Origin: an uncultured bacterium
GTDB taxonomy: Bacteria; Hydrothermota; Hydrothermia; UBA1063
Assembly: GCA_964654765.1 (NCBI GenBank)
Contig: CAZZKY010000146.1
Coordinates: forward strand, 14,694-78,693
Reading direction: 5' to 3'
Length of the DNA: 64,000 bases
The translations under genes and the position numbers were made by a program. Each line of letters begins with the position of its first letter. Position 1 is the stretch's first letter. Below are positions 9,887-18,984 of the stretch, piece by piece. The notes under the pieces are model-generated. The model was not told the DNA's origin. It was given only the letters and a program-made list of their open reading frames with translations, and searched no databases.

Positions 9887-9887
9887 T

Positions 9888-10526
9888 ATGAGTTTACCCT
9901 ATTCTAAAAAATTAATTGAGCTTTTTGTTCATCCAAAAAATGTGGGGGAGATTCCTGATGCTGATGCAAAGGCAACAGAAGGATCTCCCGCTTGTGGGGA
10001 CATGGTTCAGCTCTTTTTAAAGGTTGACCCAGAAACTAAAAGAATCGTGGATATTAAGTTTAAGTCTTACGGGTGTGCTTCTAATATTGCGACTGCTTCC
10101 ATAGTTACAGAGCTGGCAAAGGGCAAGACGCTGGAAGAGGCAAAGAAAATTACTTGGAAAGATGCCGATGCGGAACTCGGCGGTTTACCCCCTACGAAGG
10201 TGCACTGTGCGGTATTGGCTGTTGATGCCCTGCATACTGCTATTGAAAATTATGAACATCAACATGGTCTTCTAAAGGAGAAAGTCCCTACAAGTAAGGA
10301 AGTTGTGATAAACCGTCTTAAACATGTTATAGATCCGCGGAAAGGGATTGATGTGGTAAGGGGAAAAACCTTAAAGGATGTTGAGGTTCAGGATGGAGTT
10401 GCCAAAATTTACCTCAATATGAGGGAGGATGAGGAGTTCGCAAATCATTTAAAGGAAGAAATTGTGGAGAGGATATCCCCTTTGTGGGACATCAAAAGGG
10501 TGGAGGTGATCTTTTCCAATGAGTGA
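9888..10526 (+). CDS. NifU-type Fe-S scaffold (N-terminal IscU-like domain) fused to a C-terminal DUF59/MIP18-like domain
   Basis: 212 aa with the scaffold cysteines in 'SPACGDMVQL', 'YGCASNIA' and 'HCAVLAV'. The C-terminal 'KGIDVVRGKTLKDVEVQDGVAKIYLNM' resembles the DUF59 Fe-S assembly domain. Confidence 0.8.
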   Translation: MSLPYSKKLIELFVHPKNVGEIPDADAKATEGSPACGDMVQLFLKVDPETKRIVDIKFKSYGCASNIATASIVTELAKGKTLEEAKKITWKDADAELGGLPPTKVHCAVLAVDALHTAIENYEHQHGLLKEKVPTSKEVVINRLKHVIDPRKGIDVVRGKTLKDVEVQDGVAKIYLNMREDEEFANHLKEEIVERISPLWDIKRVEVIFSNE

Positions 10527-10746
10527 AGCAAGATACAGTTGTATCGGAGAAGGGTGTGTTACGGAACACATTGTGAAATTTCGCAATGCCTATGTTAAAA
10601 CAAAAAGCGGTGAGTCTTTTATTATGGAAGGTGACAATTTTGAAGGGCTTAATGAAATCCTTAAAATTGCTAAATTCATGAATACAAAGATTGAGTATGT
10701 GAAAAACGAGGGAAACCGCTGGGAAGTGAAGTTCAAAAAGGATTGA
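10519..10746 (+). CDS. Small hypothetical protein (75 aa) with a CxxxxC pair, translationally coupled between nifU and nadA
   Basis: Its ends overlap nifU by 8 nt and nadA by 4 nt (ATGA). It contains 'CIGEGC' and no recognisable family. Confidence 0.4.
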   Translation: MSEARYSCIGEGCVTEHIVKFRNAYVKTKSGESFIMEGDNFEGLNEILKIAKFMNTKIEYVKNEGNRWEVKFKKD

Positions 10747-11660
10747 TCATGGATAAAGAACAGTTGCAAAAGGAGATACTTAGGTTAAAAAAGGAGAAAA
10801 AGGCCGTTCTTCTCGTACACAACTATCAGAGGCCCGAAATTCAGGAGATAGCTGACTTTTTAGGTGATTCCCTTGACCTCTCTAAGAAGGCAAAGGAAAC
10901 TGATGCGGATATTATCGTTTTTGCTGGCGTTACCTTTATGGCCGAAACAGCAAAAATTCTCTCTCCACAGAAAAAGGTTTTGACTCCGGAACCGGCTGCC
11001 CGCTGTCCAATGGCAGATATGGTCAACGTAGAAGATTTAATAGAACTAAAGAAAAAACATCCCGATGCAGCAGTCGTTGCTTATGTCAACACCAATGCGG
11101 AGGTTAAAGCTGTCGCAGATGTGTGTGTTACCAGTGCAAACGCGGTTAAAGTTGTGAAGTCTCTTGATGCGAAAAAAGTAATCTTTGTTCCTGACAGAAA
11201 CCTGGCTAATTATGTTTCAATTTTCGTTAAGGATAAAGAGATTATTCCTTGGGATGGATATTGTTATGTTCACGATGCTTTTACAGAGGAGGATGTATTC
11301 AAAGTTAAAGACGAACACCCTCACGCGGTAGTTATTGCCCATCCGGAGTGCAGGGAAGAGGTAATTATGAATTCAGATTATGTTGAGTCTACTCAAGGTA
11401 TGATAAAAGTGGCAAAGCTTTTAAGTGCACCTGAATATGTATTTTTCACCGAGGAGGGTCTCACCGAAAGAGCAGTTCGTGAAATGCCTGATAAGAAGTT
11501 TTTCAAACCACCTCGAACGGCAATATGTCAGCAAATGAAGAAAATTACTTTGGAAAAAGTGTATGAGTCCCTTCTTTATGAGAGGTACGAGGTGGTTCTT
11601 GAACCGGAAGTCATAGAAAGGGCACGAAAAGCATTAGATAAAATGCTTGAACTTTCATAA
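10743..11660 (+). CDS. nadA: Quinolinate synthase NadA ([4Fe-4S] enzyme)
   Basis: 305 aa. 'LLVHNYQRPEIQEIADFLGDSLDLSKKA...IVFAGVTFMAETAKILSP' plus three cluster cysteines (C at 'ARCPMA', 'GYCYVHD' and 'TAICQQM'). Confidence 0.9.
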   Translation: MIMDKEQLQKEILRLKKEKKAVLLVHNYQRPEIQEIADFLGDSLDLSKKAKETDADIIVFAGVTFMAETAKILSPQKKVLTPEPAARCPMADMVNVEDLIELKKKHPDAAVVAYVNTNAEVKAVADVCVTSANAVKVVKSLDAKKVIFVPDRNLANYVSIFVKDKEIIPWDGYCYVHDAFTEEDVFKVKDEHPHAVVIAHPECREEVIMNSDYVESTQGMIKVAKLLSAPEYVFFTEEGLTERAVREMPDKKFFKPPRTAICQQMKKITLEKVYESLLYERYEVVLEPEVIERARKALDKMLELS

Positions 11661-11688
11661 AAAATTTAAAATTTAGGGAGGTAAAACT

Positions 11689-12333
11689 ATGGGGTTTCTC
11701 TCCGAAGCCGACAAAAAGGAAATAAGGGCGATGTTCGCCGAAATGGTCCATCCTGTAAAAATAGTTAATTTCACTCAGACCTTAGAGTGTACCTATTGCC
11801 GCGAAACGAGGCAAATTCTTGAAGAGGTGGCGGAGCTTTCGGACCTTATAACCCTTGAGGTTCTGAACCATATGGAGAACAAAGAAAAAGCTGATAGTTA
11901 CTGCATAGAAGATAAGATACCCGCAATAATTGTAGAGGGTGAGAAGGATTACGGCATTCACTATTACGGTATCCCGTCAGGTTATGAATTCTCAACCCTT
12001 CTTGAGGACATTATAATGGTCTCTAAAAGGGATTCTGGCTTAAAGCCCGAAACGAAGGCAAAACTCGCTACTATTGTAAAACCTGTGCATATTAAGGTTT
12101 TTGTTACTCCGACCTGTCCCTATTGCCCCTCAGCGGCAATTACTGCTCATAAGATGGCTCTGGAAAGTGACATGATAAAAGCTGAGGTTATTGAATCCAT
12201 AGAATTTCCATTTCTCGCGCAAAAATATGGAGTATACGGAGTCCCCAAGGTAGTAATAAATGAAAAAGTCTCCTTTGAAGGCGCTTTGCCCGAAGAAATG
12301 TTCCTTGATTATGTACTCAAGGCAGTAAAGTAA
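11689..12333 (+). CDS. Glutaredoxin-like protein disulfide oxidoreductase (two thioredoxin-fold units, Pyrococcus PDO type)
   Basis: 214 aa with two CxxC motifs ('CTYC' at the N-terminus and 'CPYCP' in the C-terminal unit), an architecture typical of thermophile PDO. Confidence 0.75.
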   Translation: MGFLSEADKKEIRAMFAEMVHPVKIVNFTQTLECTYCRETRQILEEVAELSDLITLEVLNHMENKEKADSYCIEDKIPAIIVEGEKDYGIHYYGIPSGYEFSTLLEDIIMVSKRDSGLKPETKAKLATIVKPVHIKVFVTPTCPYCPSAAITAHKMALESDMIKAEVIESIEFPFLAQKYGVYGVPKVVINEKVSFEGALPEEMFLDYVLKAVK

Positions 12334-12350
12334 AAAAATCAGGATCATCA

Positions 12351-12392
12351 AAAAAACGAAAAGGCCCCCTTTTGGGGGCCTTTTCGTTTTTT
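12351..12392. terminator. Bidirectional rho-independent terminator (perfect 19-nt inverted repeat with a 4-nt loop)
   Basis: AAAAAACGAAAAGGCCCCC-tttt-GGGGGCCTTTTCGTTTTTT. It has a GC-rich stem core and A/T tracts on both sides, and lies between convergent genes (PDO + and T9SS cargo -). Confidence 0.8.
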
Positions 12393-12405
12393 AAAGTTTT
12401 TTTAT

Positions 12406-15400
12406 CTACTTTGTAACTATTATCTTTCTGGTCTCTCTTGATTTTTCTGTAGATATCCTGAGGAAGTAAATACCTCCTGAAAGTTCGTTATTATAGTCTA
12501 TCTTGTGGCTTCCTGGGGTTAATTGACCGGAAAAGATTTTTGCCACTTTTCTTCCGGAAATATCGTAGAGGGTGATTTCAATCTTTTGAGGGCTATTGGT
12601 ATTTACTGTAAAGGAGATTCCACCTTTGAAAATTGTTGGCACAGAAACAAAGAGTGGCCTATTCCAGCCTTCGCTTATTGATGATACGAAGTCGCCGAAG
12701 ATGAAGTCATCAATATACCAGCCTGAACTTACAACGGAACCATCTGAACCAAATCTAAACCTTATTCTGAAGGTATCACCAGCATTAATAGAAGGAAGAT
12801 CGAAGATAGCAATCTCCCATCCTGCGGAGGCGCCGGAGAACCCTGGCTCATTTCCTAATCCGACAACGCTATTTCTTGGATAACCACCTCTCGGTGTGAT
12901 TAGTGTGTAGGGGCCACCATTAATTGATACAGACACGTTACCACCGTCGTAAGCAGTAGTTGAGTATGCTTCCATGTTGTACCAATGGAAGAAGCCAAAG
13001 GTTGGTGCGTTTTGAGTTGCGATAAGGGGTGGTGAATAGAGGCTCCAGTTGGCATTGTCGGAATAACCGCCACTGAGTACAGTAGCCCAGCATTTTTCCC
13101 CGGAGTGAGTGGATGATGGGCCATAAGTTGGTATACCCCATTCCCATTGCGTGCCAGGTTCGGCGACAAAATCACCGTTGTGGTCCTCAAAGTCATAAAA
13201 GGAGTTACAGACTATAAAGTTTTTGCTTAGGGAATTGTTTGTTGGGTCATCGTCGGTAAAGAGGATGTTTAAGTTAGCTGTAAAGTCAAATCCGACCTCA
13301 GGTGGTGTGAAAGGCGCAAAAGTAAGAGTATCCACCTCATCAGGGTTTATTACGGAAACATTAAAGGTGTCAGCATAGATTGTGTCCGAACCATTGACAA
13401 TCAGTAATTCAACATCGACATTCATTTCAGGATTTTGTCCCATATTCCTAACAGTTGCCATAGGTGTGATTTCCTCAATCGTCATAATATCAGGAAGGTT
13501 CAGGAATCCCTCCACGGCAAGGTCATGGGATCTTTCTGGTCTTTTCCAATAGATAGTCAGGTTATCATGAACAACAACAGGGTCACCATTATAAGTATAT
13601 TTAAGATACCAGTCATTTGCTCCTCCATTTCCTTGAATACCGATAGTCGAAGAGTTGAGTGTACCAACCATTGAAAGGTAACTCATTGCGATATCGCCAT
13701 TAGGATAAAGAATTACTTGCATATTATAGGTTCCGGGTTGTGTTGTCCCATAATGTGGTACATTCTCAAAATGTACTACTGCGTAATTTGGGGTGGCAAG
13801 ATACCTGATCTGACCACCTGATGAGGGATCGAGGTCATCCCAGAAGAAAGCAATGAGATAGGAAATGTCTGCATAAGGTAGATCTTGATTGCTAAAAGCA
13901 GTTAAGGTGGTGGTGGATAAAAATCCATTGGAGCAGAGGTATAGCACAGTTACTAAAGTGTCATAAAATGGGAATGCAAAAGGTAGGGTTATAGGTGTGG
14001 TTGCATCATCGTCCAAGGAAATAAGTTCACCTCCTTGAGTATCATACCAAAGAAACTCTGGACCAGTCGGATAGTCAGAGTCTTTAAAGGTATAACCATA
14101 TCCATCTGGGCCACCAGTATGAACGTTGGTAATGACTTCAATGGTTTGTGATGGTTCAGATTCGTGTTGCGGGTCTTCATTGTCGAGTGCGGTTAAGTAA
14201 ACAGATACTCGCCCAGGGACTACCGTAGCAGTGTCGTAAAATGTAGTAGCGGTATCGGTGATGGGATAGAAGTGATGTAAGACATCATTGATATATATAT
14301 TTATTCCTGCTAAGTCATCGAGAGGCGTACCATCCCTTTGGGTACTGGGTGTAATCCCAACAATTTCAATCGTAGATTCATCAATGACGTTTACGGCCGT
14401 AAGGGTAGGAGGTGAGGGCCATGGATCCCCACCAGCATACCAGCTTACTGAGACAGGGACACTTAACGAATCATCGTAAGTCCAGGTTTGAAGGATATAT
14501 GTATATTTTACACCATCGGTGAGGCCATTGTCTTCATATTGTTGAATTCCCTCCCTAACCGTATCGACAAAGGTTGTATCATATGGATTTATCTCTGAGA
14601 CTCTTAAAATTTTAATTCTAAAGGTGTCAAGGGGAGTCCCATCTACGCGTGTTGCTGGGTCTGTCCAGGATAGGCTCATACTGGTTGGCGTTGTGTAATC
14701 CGAATAAGCGGAAAGGTTGATGGGCGGTAGAGGATCACCAGGTTCTCCTGGAAGTTGAACAATTGCCTCTATATTCCAGTTATAATTTAGGTCATAATTT
14801 CTAAGTTCCCCCCATCCAAGACTTGCCGCATAAACGAAATCTCCCTTTTCTGGAACTGCTGGTCCCATATCAATAGAAATGGGATATTCTCCTGCTGCAT
14901 GGGTTATCTCGATAGATACCCAAAGGTCTTTAGTATTGTCGATAATAACCGGGTTAGTTAACTCTATTTCTATCCACCCTGGTGCTGGGGCAGAGTAAGT
15001 TTGTGAAGTGATAAGGTTTCCTGGCGCAGATGTTGTCCCTTGGTCATAGATTTTCACCTGGCCACTGTGACTACCTTCATGATGGTAAAACCTGACTTTT
15101 ATTAGCTTCCAGTTATTGTAAGGCCCCAGTTCCGATGGTGTAAGCCTTATTGCCGCCTCAAAAGTTCCACCATTGGATAATCCAATTGCATTATTGTCCA
15201 CAGAGTTATAATAATATAAGGTGTCTGTAGGTTGTTTACCTGAGAACTCAGCTTGAGGGTGAGGTATAGCATGTCCTCTCCCAGCGGTGCTGAAGAGAAG
15301 GACCTCTTCCTTTTTTACTTCTGCCGGTTTACCCACAGTCAGGGTGCCGGCTACTAACAGCACTGAGAGCAGATAAATCATAAACACCTCCTGTAATATA

Positions 15401-15432
15401 ATAACAATAAAGGAATTTTTTGGTTTAGTCAA
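12406..15432 (-). CDS. Large secreted multidomain protein (1008 aa) with a T9SS/Por C-terminal sorting domain; function unknown
   Basis: N-terminal signal peptide ('MIYLLSVLLVAGTLTV'). The Thr/Ser/Asn/Gly-rich beta-sandwich modules include FN3-like segments and lectin/MAM-like 'FRIRFRFGSDGSVVSSGWYIDDF'. The C-terminal ~80 aa ('ITLYDISGRKVAKIFSGQLTPGSHKIDYNNELSGGIYFLRISTEKSRETRKIIVTK') match the T9SS CTD pattern. Confidence 0.7.
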   Translation of the reverse strand: MTKPKNSFIVIILQEVFMIYLLSVLLVAGTLTVGKPAEVKKEEVLLFSTAGRGHAIPHPQAEFSGKQPTDTLYYYNSVDNNAIGLSNGGTFEAAIRLTPSELGPYNNWKLIKVRFYHHEGSHSGQVKIYDQGTTSAPGNLITSQTYSAPAPGWIEIELTNPVIIDNTKDLWVSIEITHAAGEYPISIDMGPAVPEKGDFVYAASLGWGELRNYDLNYNWNIEAIVQLPGEPGDPLPPINLSAYSDYTTPTSMSLSWTDPATRVDGTPLDTFRIKILRVSEINPYDTTFVDTVREGIQQYEDNGLTDGVKYTYILQTWTYDDSLSVPVSVSWYAGGDPWPSPPTLTAVNVIDESTIEIVGITPSTQRDGTPLDDLAGINIYINDVLHHFYPITDTATTFYDTATVVPGRVSVYLTALDNEDPQHESEPSQTIEVITNVHTGGPDGYGYTFKDSDYPTGPEFLWYDTQGGELISLDDDATTPITLPFAFPFYDTLVTVLYLCSNGFLSTTTLTAFSNQDLPYADISYLIAFFWDDLDPSSGGQIRYLATPNYAVVHFENVPHYGTTQPGTYNMQVILYPNGDIAMSYLSMVGTLNSSTIGIQGNGGANDWYLKYTYNGDPVVVHDNLTIYWKRPERSHDLAVEGFLNLPDIMTIEEITPMATVRNMGQNPEMNVDVELLIVNGSDTIYADTFNVSVINPDEVDTLTFAPFTPPEVGFDFTANLNILFTDDDPTNNSLSKNFIVCNSFYDFEDHNGDFVAEPGTQWEWGIPTYGPSSTHSGEKCWATVLSGGYSDNANWSLYSPPLIATQNAPTFGFFHWYNMEAYSTTAYDGGNVSVSINGGPYTLITPRGGYPRNSVVGLGNEPGFSGASAGWEIAIFDLPSINAGDTFRIRFRFGSDGSVVSSGWYIDDFIFGDFVSSISEGWNRPLFVSVPTIFKGGISFTVNTNSPQKIEITLYDISGRKVAKIFSGQLTPGSHKIDYNNELSGGIYFLRISTEKSRETRKIIVTK

Positions 15433-15454
15433 GTCGAATATAACTTTTTGATAT

Positions 15455-16726
15455 TCAGAAATTTACAGAAAGCAATGTTTGTTTTATCTCCCCGGCAAGA
15501 TAAAAAGATCCAAAAGCAAGAACTTTGTTGCCCTTTTTTCTTGCAATCTCAATAGCTTTCTGGACGTTTTCTGCACTCTTAATTTTTTCTTTTGGCATGC
15601 CGTTTTTCAAAAAAAATTGCAGAAGTTCATCACTACTAAGTGCTCTTGGACTCTGTGAATGGGTGACAATAATGAAACTGGGATTTACTTTTACGATTTC
15701 CTTAATAATTTTCTCATATTCTTTATCCCTGTTTATCCCAAAGACAAAAACACAATCATTTCCGATTATCTTCAATGTAGAGTTGAGGAAGTTTTTTACA
15801 GAGTCGTAATTGTGCGAACCATCTATTATAATGAGTGGATTTTCTGATATAACTTCGAACCTACCTTCAATTTTTATGCCTTCAAAGTTGAAATTTTCAA
15901 AGCCGAGAACTTCAAGAGCTAAAGCAGAGAGTGCCATATTCTTAGCTTGGAAAATTCCGCCCTGGTTTAATAGGAGAAGTTTCTCGCCGGAAAGTCCTTT
16001 GTATTTAATGAGAGTTCTATTTAGCTTTGCTTCGACAAGTTTATACTTTGCATACTCACTTAGCAAATACATTTTAGCCTTTGTTTTTTCACAGGCTTTT
16101 TTTATAACCTGATAGACCGAAGGGTGTTGGCGGGCGACGACAACAGGGTTAAAATTTTTTATTACTGCAGCTTTTTCTCTTGCGATGTCAGTTAACTTAG
16201 GGCCCAAAATGTCCATATGGTCATAACTGATGTTAGTAATAATGGTAAGAATCTGGCTCAAAACATTTGTAGCATCCAGCCTTCCTCCAAGCCCAGCCTC
16301 AAAAACTGCGTAATCCACTTTTTCATCTATGAAGTACAAGAAAGCCATCAAGGTAAGAGTTTCAAATACAGTCTTGAAGCCCCTTTTGCCTTCGATGTGA
16401 GGTTTTATAAGTTCTATATACTTTGTAAAAGCCCTTTCCGGTATTTTTTTGTTGTTTATTTTTATCCTTTCCCTTATGTCTACAAGGTGAGGTGATGTAA
16501 AAAGACCAACTTTGAAGCCAAGGGACTGGAGCCCCCCTGCCACAAGGTGGGCAGTAGATCCCTTGCCTTTTGTTCCTACGATAAGAATAGGGCGTGGAAC
16601 TTTAAGATGCGGATTATCGAATTCTTTAAGAAAATTTAAATAAGGTTCTAAAGATTCAACGTATCCTTTCCTCTTCTCGTAGTCAATTAGGGAATAAAGA
16701 AATTCAACCGCTTCATTAAATTCCAT
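15455..16726 (-). CDS. folC: Folylpolyglutamate synthase / dihydrofolate synthase
   Basis: P-loop 'ILIVGTKGKGSTAHL' and Mur-ligase family features. The start is chosen at 'MEFNEAVEFLYSL', which is a typical FolC N-terminus. The longer ORF (to 16801) would overlap the NUDIX gene by 86 nt. Confidence 0.8.
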   Translation of the reverse strand: MEFNEAVEFLYSLIDYEKRKGYVESLEPYLNFLKEFDNPHLKVPRPILIVGTKGKGSTAHLVAGGLQSLGFKVGLFTSPHLVDIRERIKINNKKIPERAFTKYIELIKPHIEGKRGFKTVFETLTLMAFLYFIDEKVDYAVFEAGLGGRLDATNVLSQILTIITNISYDHMDILGPKLTDIAREKAAVIKNFNPVVVARQHPSVYQVIKKACEKTKAKMYLLSEYAKYKLVEAKLNRTLIKYKGLSGEKLLLLNQGGIFQAKNMALSALALEVLGFENFNFEGIKIEGRFEVISENPLIIIDGSHNYDSVKNFLNSTLKIIGNDCVFVFGINRDKEYEKIIKEIVKVNPSFIIVTHSQSPRALSSDELLQFFLKNGMPKEKIKSAENVQKAIEIARKKGNKVLAFGSFYLAGEIKQTLLSVNF

Positions 16727-17162
16727 GTATTTTTTTGATAAATTCGTGGGCTTCGAGCAAAAGTTCTCTTGCATTCTCAAATTTAAGCTTAATGTATGCA
16801 ACCCTGAGGGGAAACCAACCGTAGTCCGTGTGTTCCTTAGAGAGTTCTATAGGTTCTTTTTTGAAACAGCGCGCAAGAAAGTAGTGGACGTCTTTTGTTA
16901 CTTCTGCCTTATCTTTGATAAAAGTATAGCTTAAAACTTTGTGAAATCCATCAATTATTTCAAAGTTCTCAATTCCAGTCTCTTCCATCATTTCTCTTTT
17001 AGCGGTTGCTAAAAGGTCATTGTTATCTCTGTGTTCTATGTGCCCTTTAGGAAAACTCCAATGAGTCGTGTGTTTTAGAAGCAAGTAAAGGATCCTTTCT
17101 CGGTCTATCGTATAAACTACAAAACCGCTTGAGACTTCCTTTACCTTTTTCAATGGTTTCAT
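16716..17162 (-). CDS. NUDIX hydrolase
   Basis: 148 aa with the Nudix box 'GHIEHRDNNDLLATAKREMMEETGI' (GX5EX7REUXEEXGU). Confidence 0.8.
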   Translation of the reverse strand: MKPLKKVKEVSSGFVVYTIDRERILYLLLKHTTHWSFPKGHIEHRDNNDLLATAKREMMEETGIENFEIIDGFHKVLSYTFIKDKAEVTKDVHYFLARCFKKEPIELSKEHTDYGWFPLRVAYIKLKFENARELLLEAHEFIKKIHGI

Positions 17163-17164
17163 GG

Positions 17165-18589
17165 TTAGAAAAGCCTTTCGATGCCCTTTTTAATTTTCCT
17201 AATGGATATATCTTTTCCGAGTGCTTCCATTAATTCAAATAGACCAGGTCCAATGGTTTTCCCAGTAAGCATTATTCTGATAGGGTGGATAATGGTTCTT
17301 GGTTCAAAATTTTCTTTGTTTGCAAAGCTTCTCAGAGCTGTCTCAATGTTTTCTTTTGAAAATTCTTCCAGGTTGTTAAGTATTTCGCAGAACTTCAGTA
17401 AATATACCTTTATTTCGGGATTTGAGAGATACTTTTTCACGCCTTCTTCTTCGTATTCTATGTCATCTGTGAAGGCAAATCTCAGTGAATCTGGCAGTTC
17501 CGATAAAGTTTTTATTCTTTCCTTGTAAAGTTTGATGAGGTTTTTCAAGAGAGTAGGATCTATTTTGTCAATCTCAAATCCTTTTTCCACAAAAAAGGGC
17601 TTTGACAGTTCGAAAAGCTCTTCCTCCGTTTTTTGTCGAATATAATACGAATTCATCCAATAAAGTTTATTGAAATCAAAAACCGAGCCTCTCTTTCCAA
17701 CCTTTTTAAGGTCAAAAAGCTCAATCATTTCCTCAAGTGAGATAATTTCTCTATTACCTCCCGGTGACCAGCCGAGAAGGGCAAGGAAATTAACGAGGGC
17801 CTCAGGTAAAACCCCCATTTTTCTAAATTCAAGAACCGATGTAGCCCCATGCCTTTTTGAAAGTTTTCCTTTTCCATCAGGGGCAAGAATCACGGGCAGG
17901 TGAGCAAAAACAGGGGGAGTCCACCCAAAAGCCTCGTACATAAATACGTGATATGGAGTGCTTGGTATCCACTCGTCTGCTCTCATTACGTGAGTAATAC
18001 CCATTAGATGGTCATCTACAACATTTGCCAGGTGATAAGTGGGGTATCCATCGGACTTAAGAAGAACAATATCTTCAAGCTCTGAACCTTGTACCTTAAT
18101 GGTGCCACGCAGATAATCTTCGAAAACAATTTCCCTGTCAAGGGGGGTTTTTAGACGGATTACGTATGGCCTTCCTTCCTTCACCATCTTTTCTGATTCT
18201 TCTGGTGTCAGATATCTGCATTTTCTGTCATAACCGGGTTTAAGCCCTTTTTTTATCTGTTCTTCTCTTAGTGTCTGAAGCCTCTCTTCAGAACAGAAGC
18301 ATCGGTATGCATGGCCCTTCTGCAATAGCATTTCTGCGTGTTCCCTATAAATTTCTATTCTTTCGCTCTGGAAGTAAGGTCCCTCGTCCCAATGAAGTCC
18401 AAGCCATTTAAGACTTTCTTGTATGTCCTCGACGGAGCCGGGGACATATCTGGTTCTGTCAGTGTCTTCTATTCGAAGGATAAAGACACCGTTATTTTTC
18501 CTTGCAAAAAGCCAATTATACAAAGCTGTACGAGCTCCACCGACGTGCAAATACCCAGTAGGTGAAGGTGCAAAACGAACCCTTACCAT
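17165..18589 (-). CDS. gltX: Glutamyl-tRNA synthetase
   Basis: 'MVRVRFAPSPTGYLHVGGARTALYNW' (HIGH motif) and 'KLSKRHG' (KMSKS). The start is set at the internal ATG preceded by AAGGAAGG. The 15-aa upstream extension in the ORF track is unlikely. Confidence 0.9.
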   Translation of the reverse strand: MVRVRFAPSPTGYLHVGGARTALYNWLFARKNNGVFILRIEDTDRTRYVPGSVEDIQESLKWLGLHWDEGPYFQSERIEIYREHAEMLLQKGHAYRCFCSEERLQTLREEQIKKGLKPGYDRKCRYLTPEESEKMVKEGRPYVIRLKTPLDREIVFEDYLRGTIKVQGSELEDIVLLKSDGYPTYHLANVVDDHLMGITHVMRADEWIPSTPYHVFMYEAFGWTPPVFAHLPVILAPDGKGKLSKRHGATSVLEFRKMGVLPEALVNFLALLGWSPGGNREIISLEEMIELFDLKKVGKRGSVFDFNKLYWMNSYYIRQKTEEELFELSKPFFVEKGFEIDKIDPTLLKNLIKLYKERIKTLSELPDSLRFAFTDDIEYEEEGVKKYLSNPEIKVYLLKFCEILNNLEEFSKENIETALRSFANKENFEPRTIIHPIRIMLTGKTIGPGLFELMEALGKDISIRKIKKGIERLF

Positions 18590-18681
18590 CAAATCCTTCC
18601 TTTTACTAAATTTTAAGGCAACATCTTGCAACATTCAATAATCCATTTGGTTTTTCGTATTCTGCAAAGTATAATTTAGAC
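18590..18681. promoter_or_regulatory. Divergent promoter region (gltX operon to the left, rbfA-truB-ribF to the right)
   Basis: A 92-nt AT-rich intergenic segment between divergently transcribed gene blocks. No specific element was resolved. Confidence 0.3.
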
Positions 18682-18984
18682 ATGAGGCCTTTTAAAAGAA
18701 GTGAAAGGGTTGCACATGAAATTTTAAAAATATTGCAGGAAGCAATTTTGTTTGAAGTTAAAGACCCGCGTTTAGCAAGGCTCACCATTGTTAGAGTGGA
18801 TGTGTCAGGGGATTTGAGGTATGCTAAAGTTTATTATGAATCGTCGGTTCAGGATGTTGAGAAGGGATTGGAATGTGCTAAAGGTTTTTTGAGAAGTATA
18901 GTAGCAAGGGAACTAAATATTAAATTTACACCAGAACTTGAATTCATTAGGGTTGAAAATGGATGGATTTCTCAATATTTATAA
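18682..18984 (+). CDS. rbfA: Ribosome-binding factor A
   Basis: 100 aa. 'RSERVAHEILKILQEAILFEVKDPRL...VRVDVSGDLRYAKVYY' is the KH-like RbfA signature. Confidence 0.85.
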   Translation: MRPFKRSERVAHEILKILQEAILFEVKDPRLARLTIVRVDVSGDLRYAKVYYESSVQDVEKGLECAKGFLRSIVARELNIKFTPELEFIRVENGWISQYL

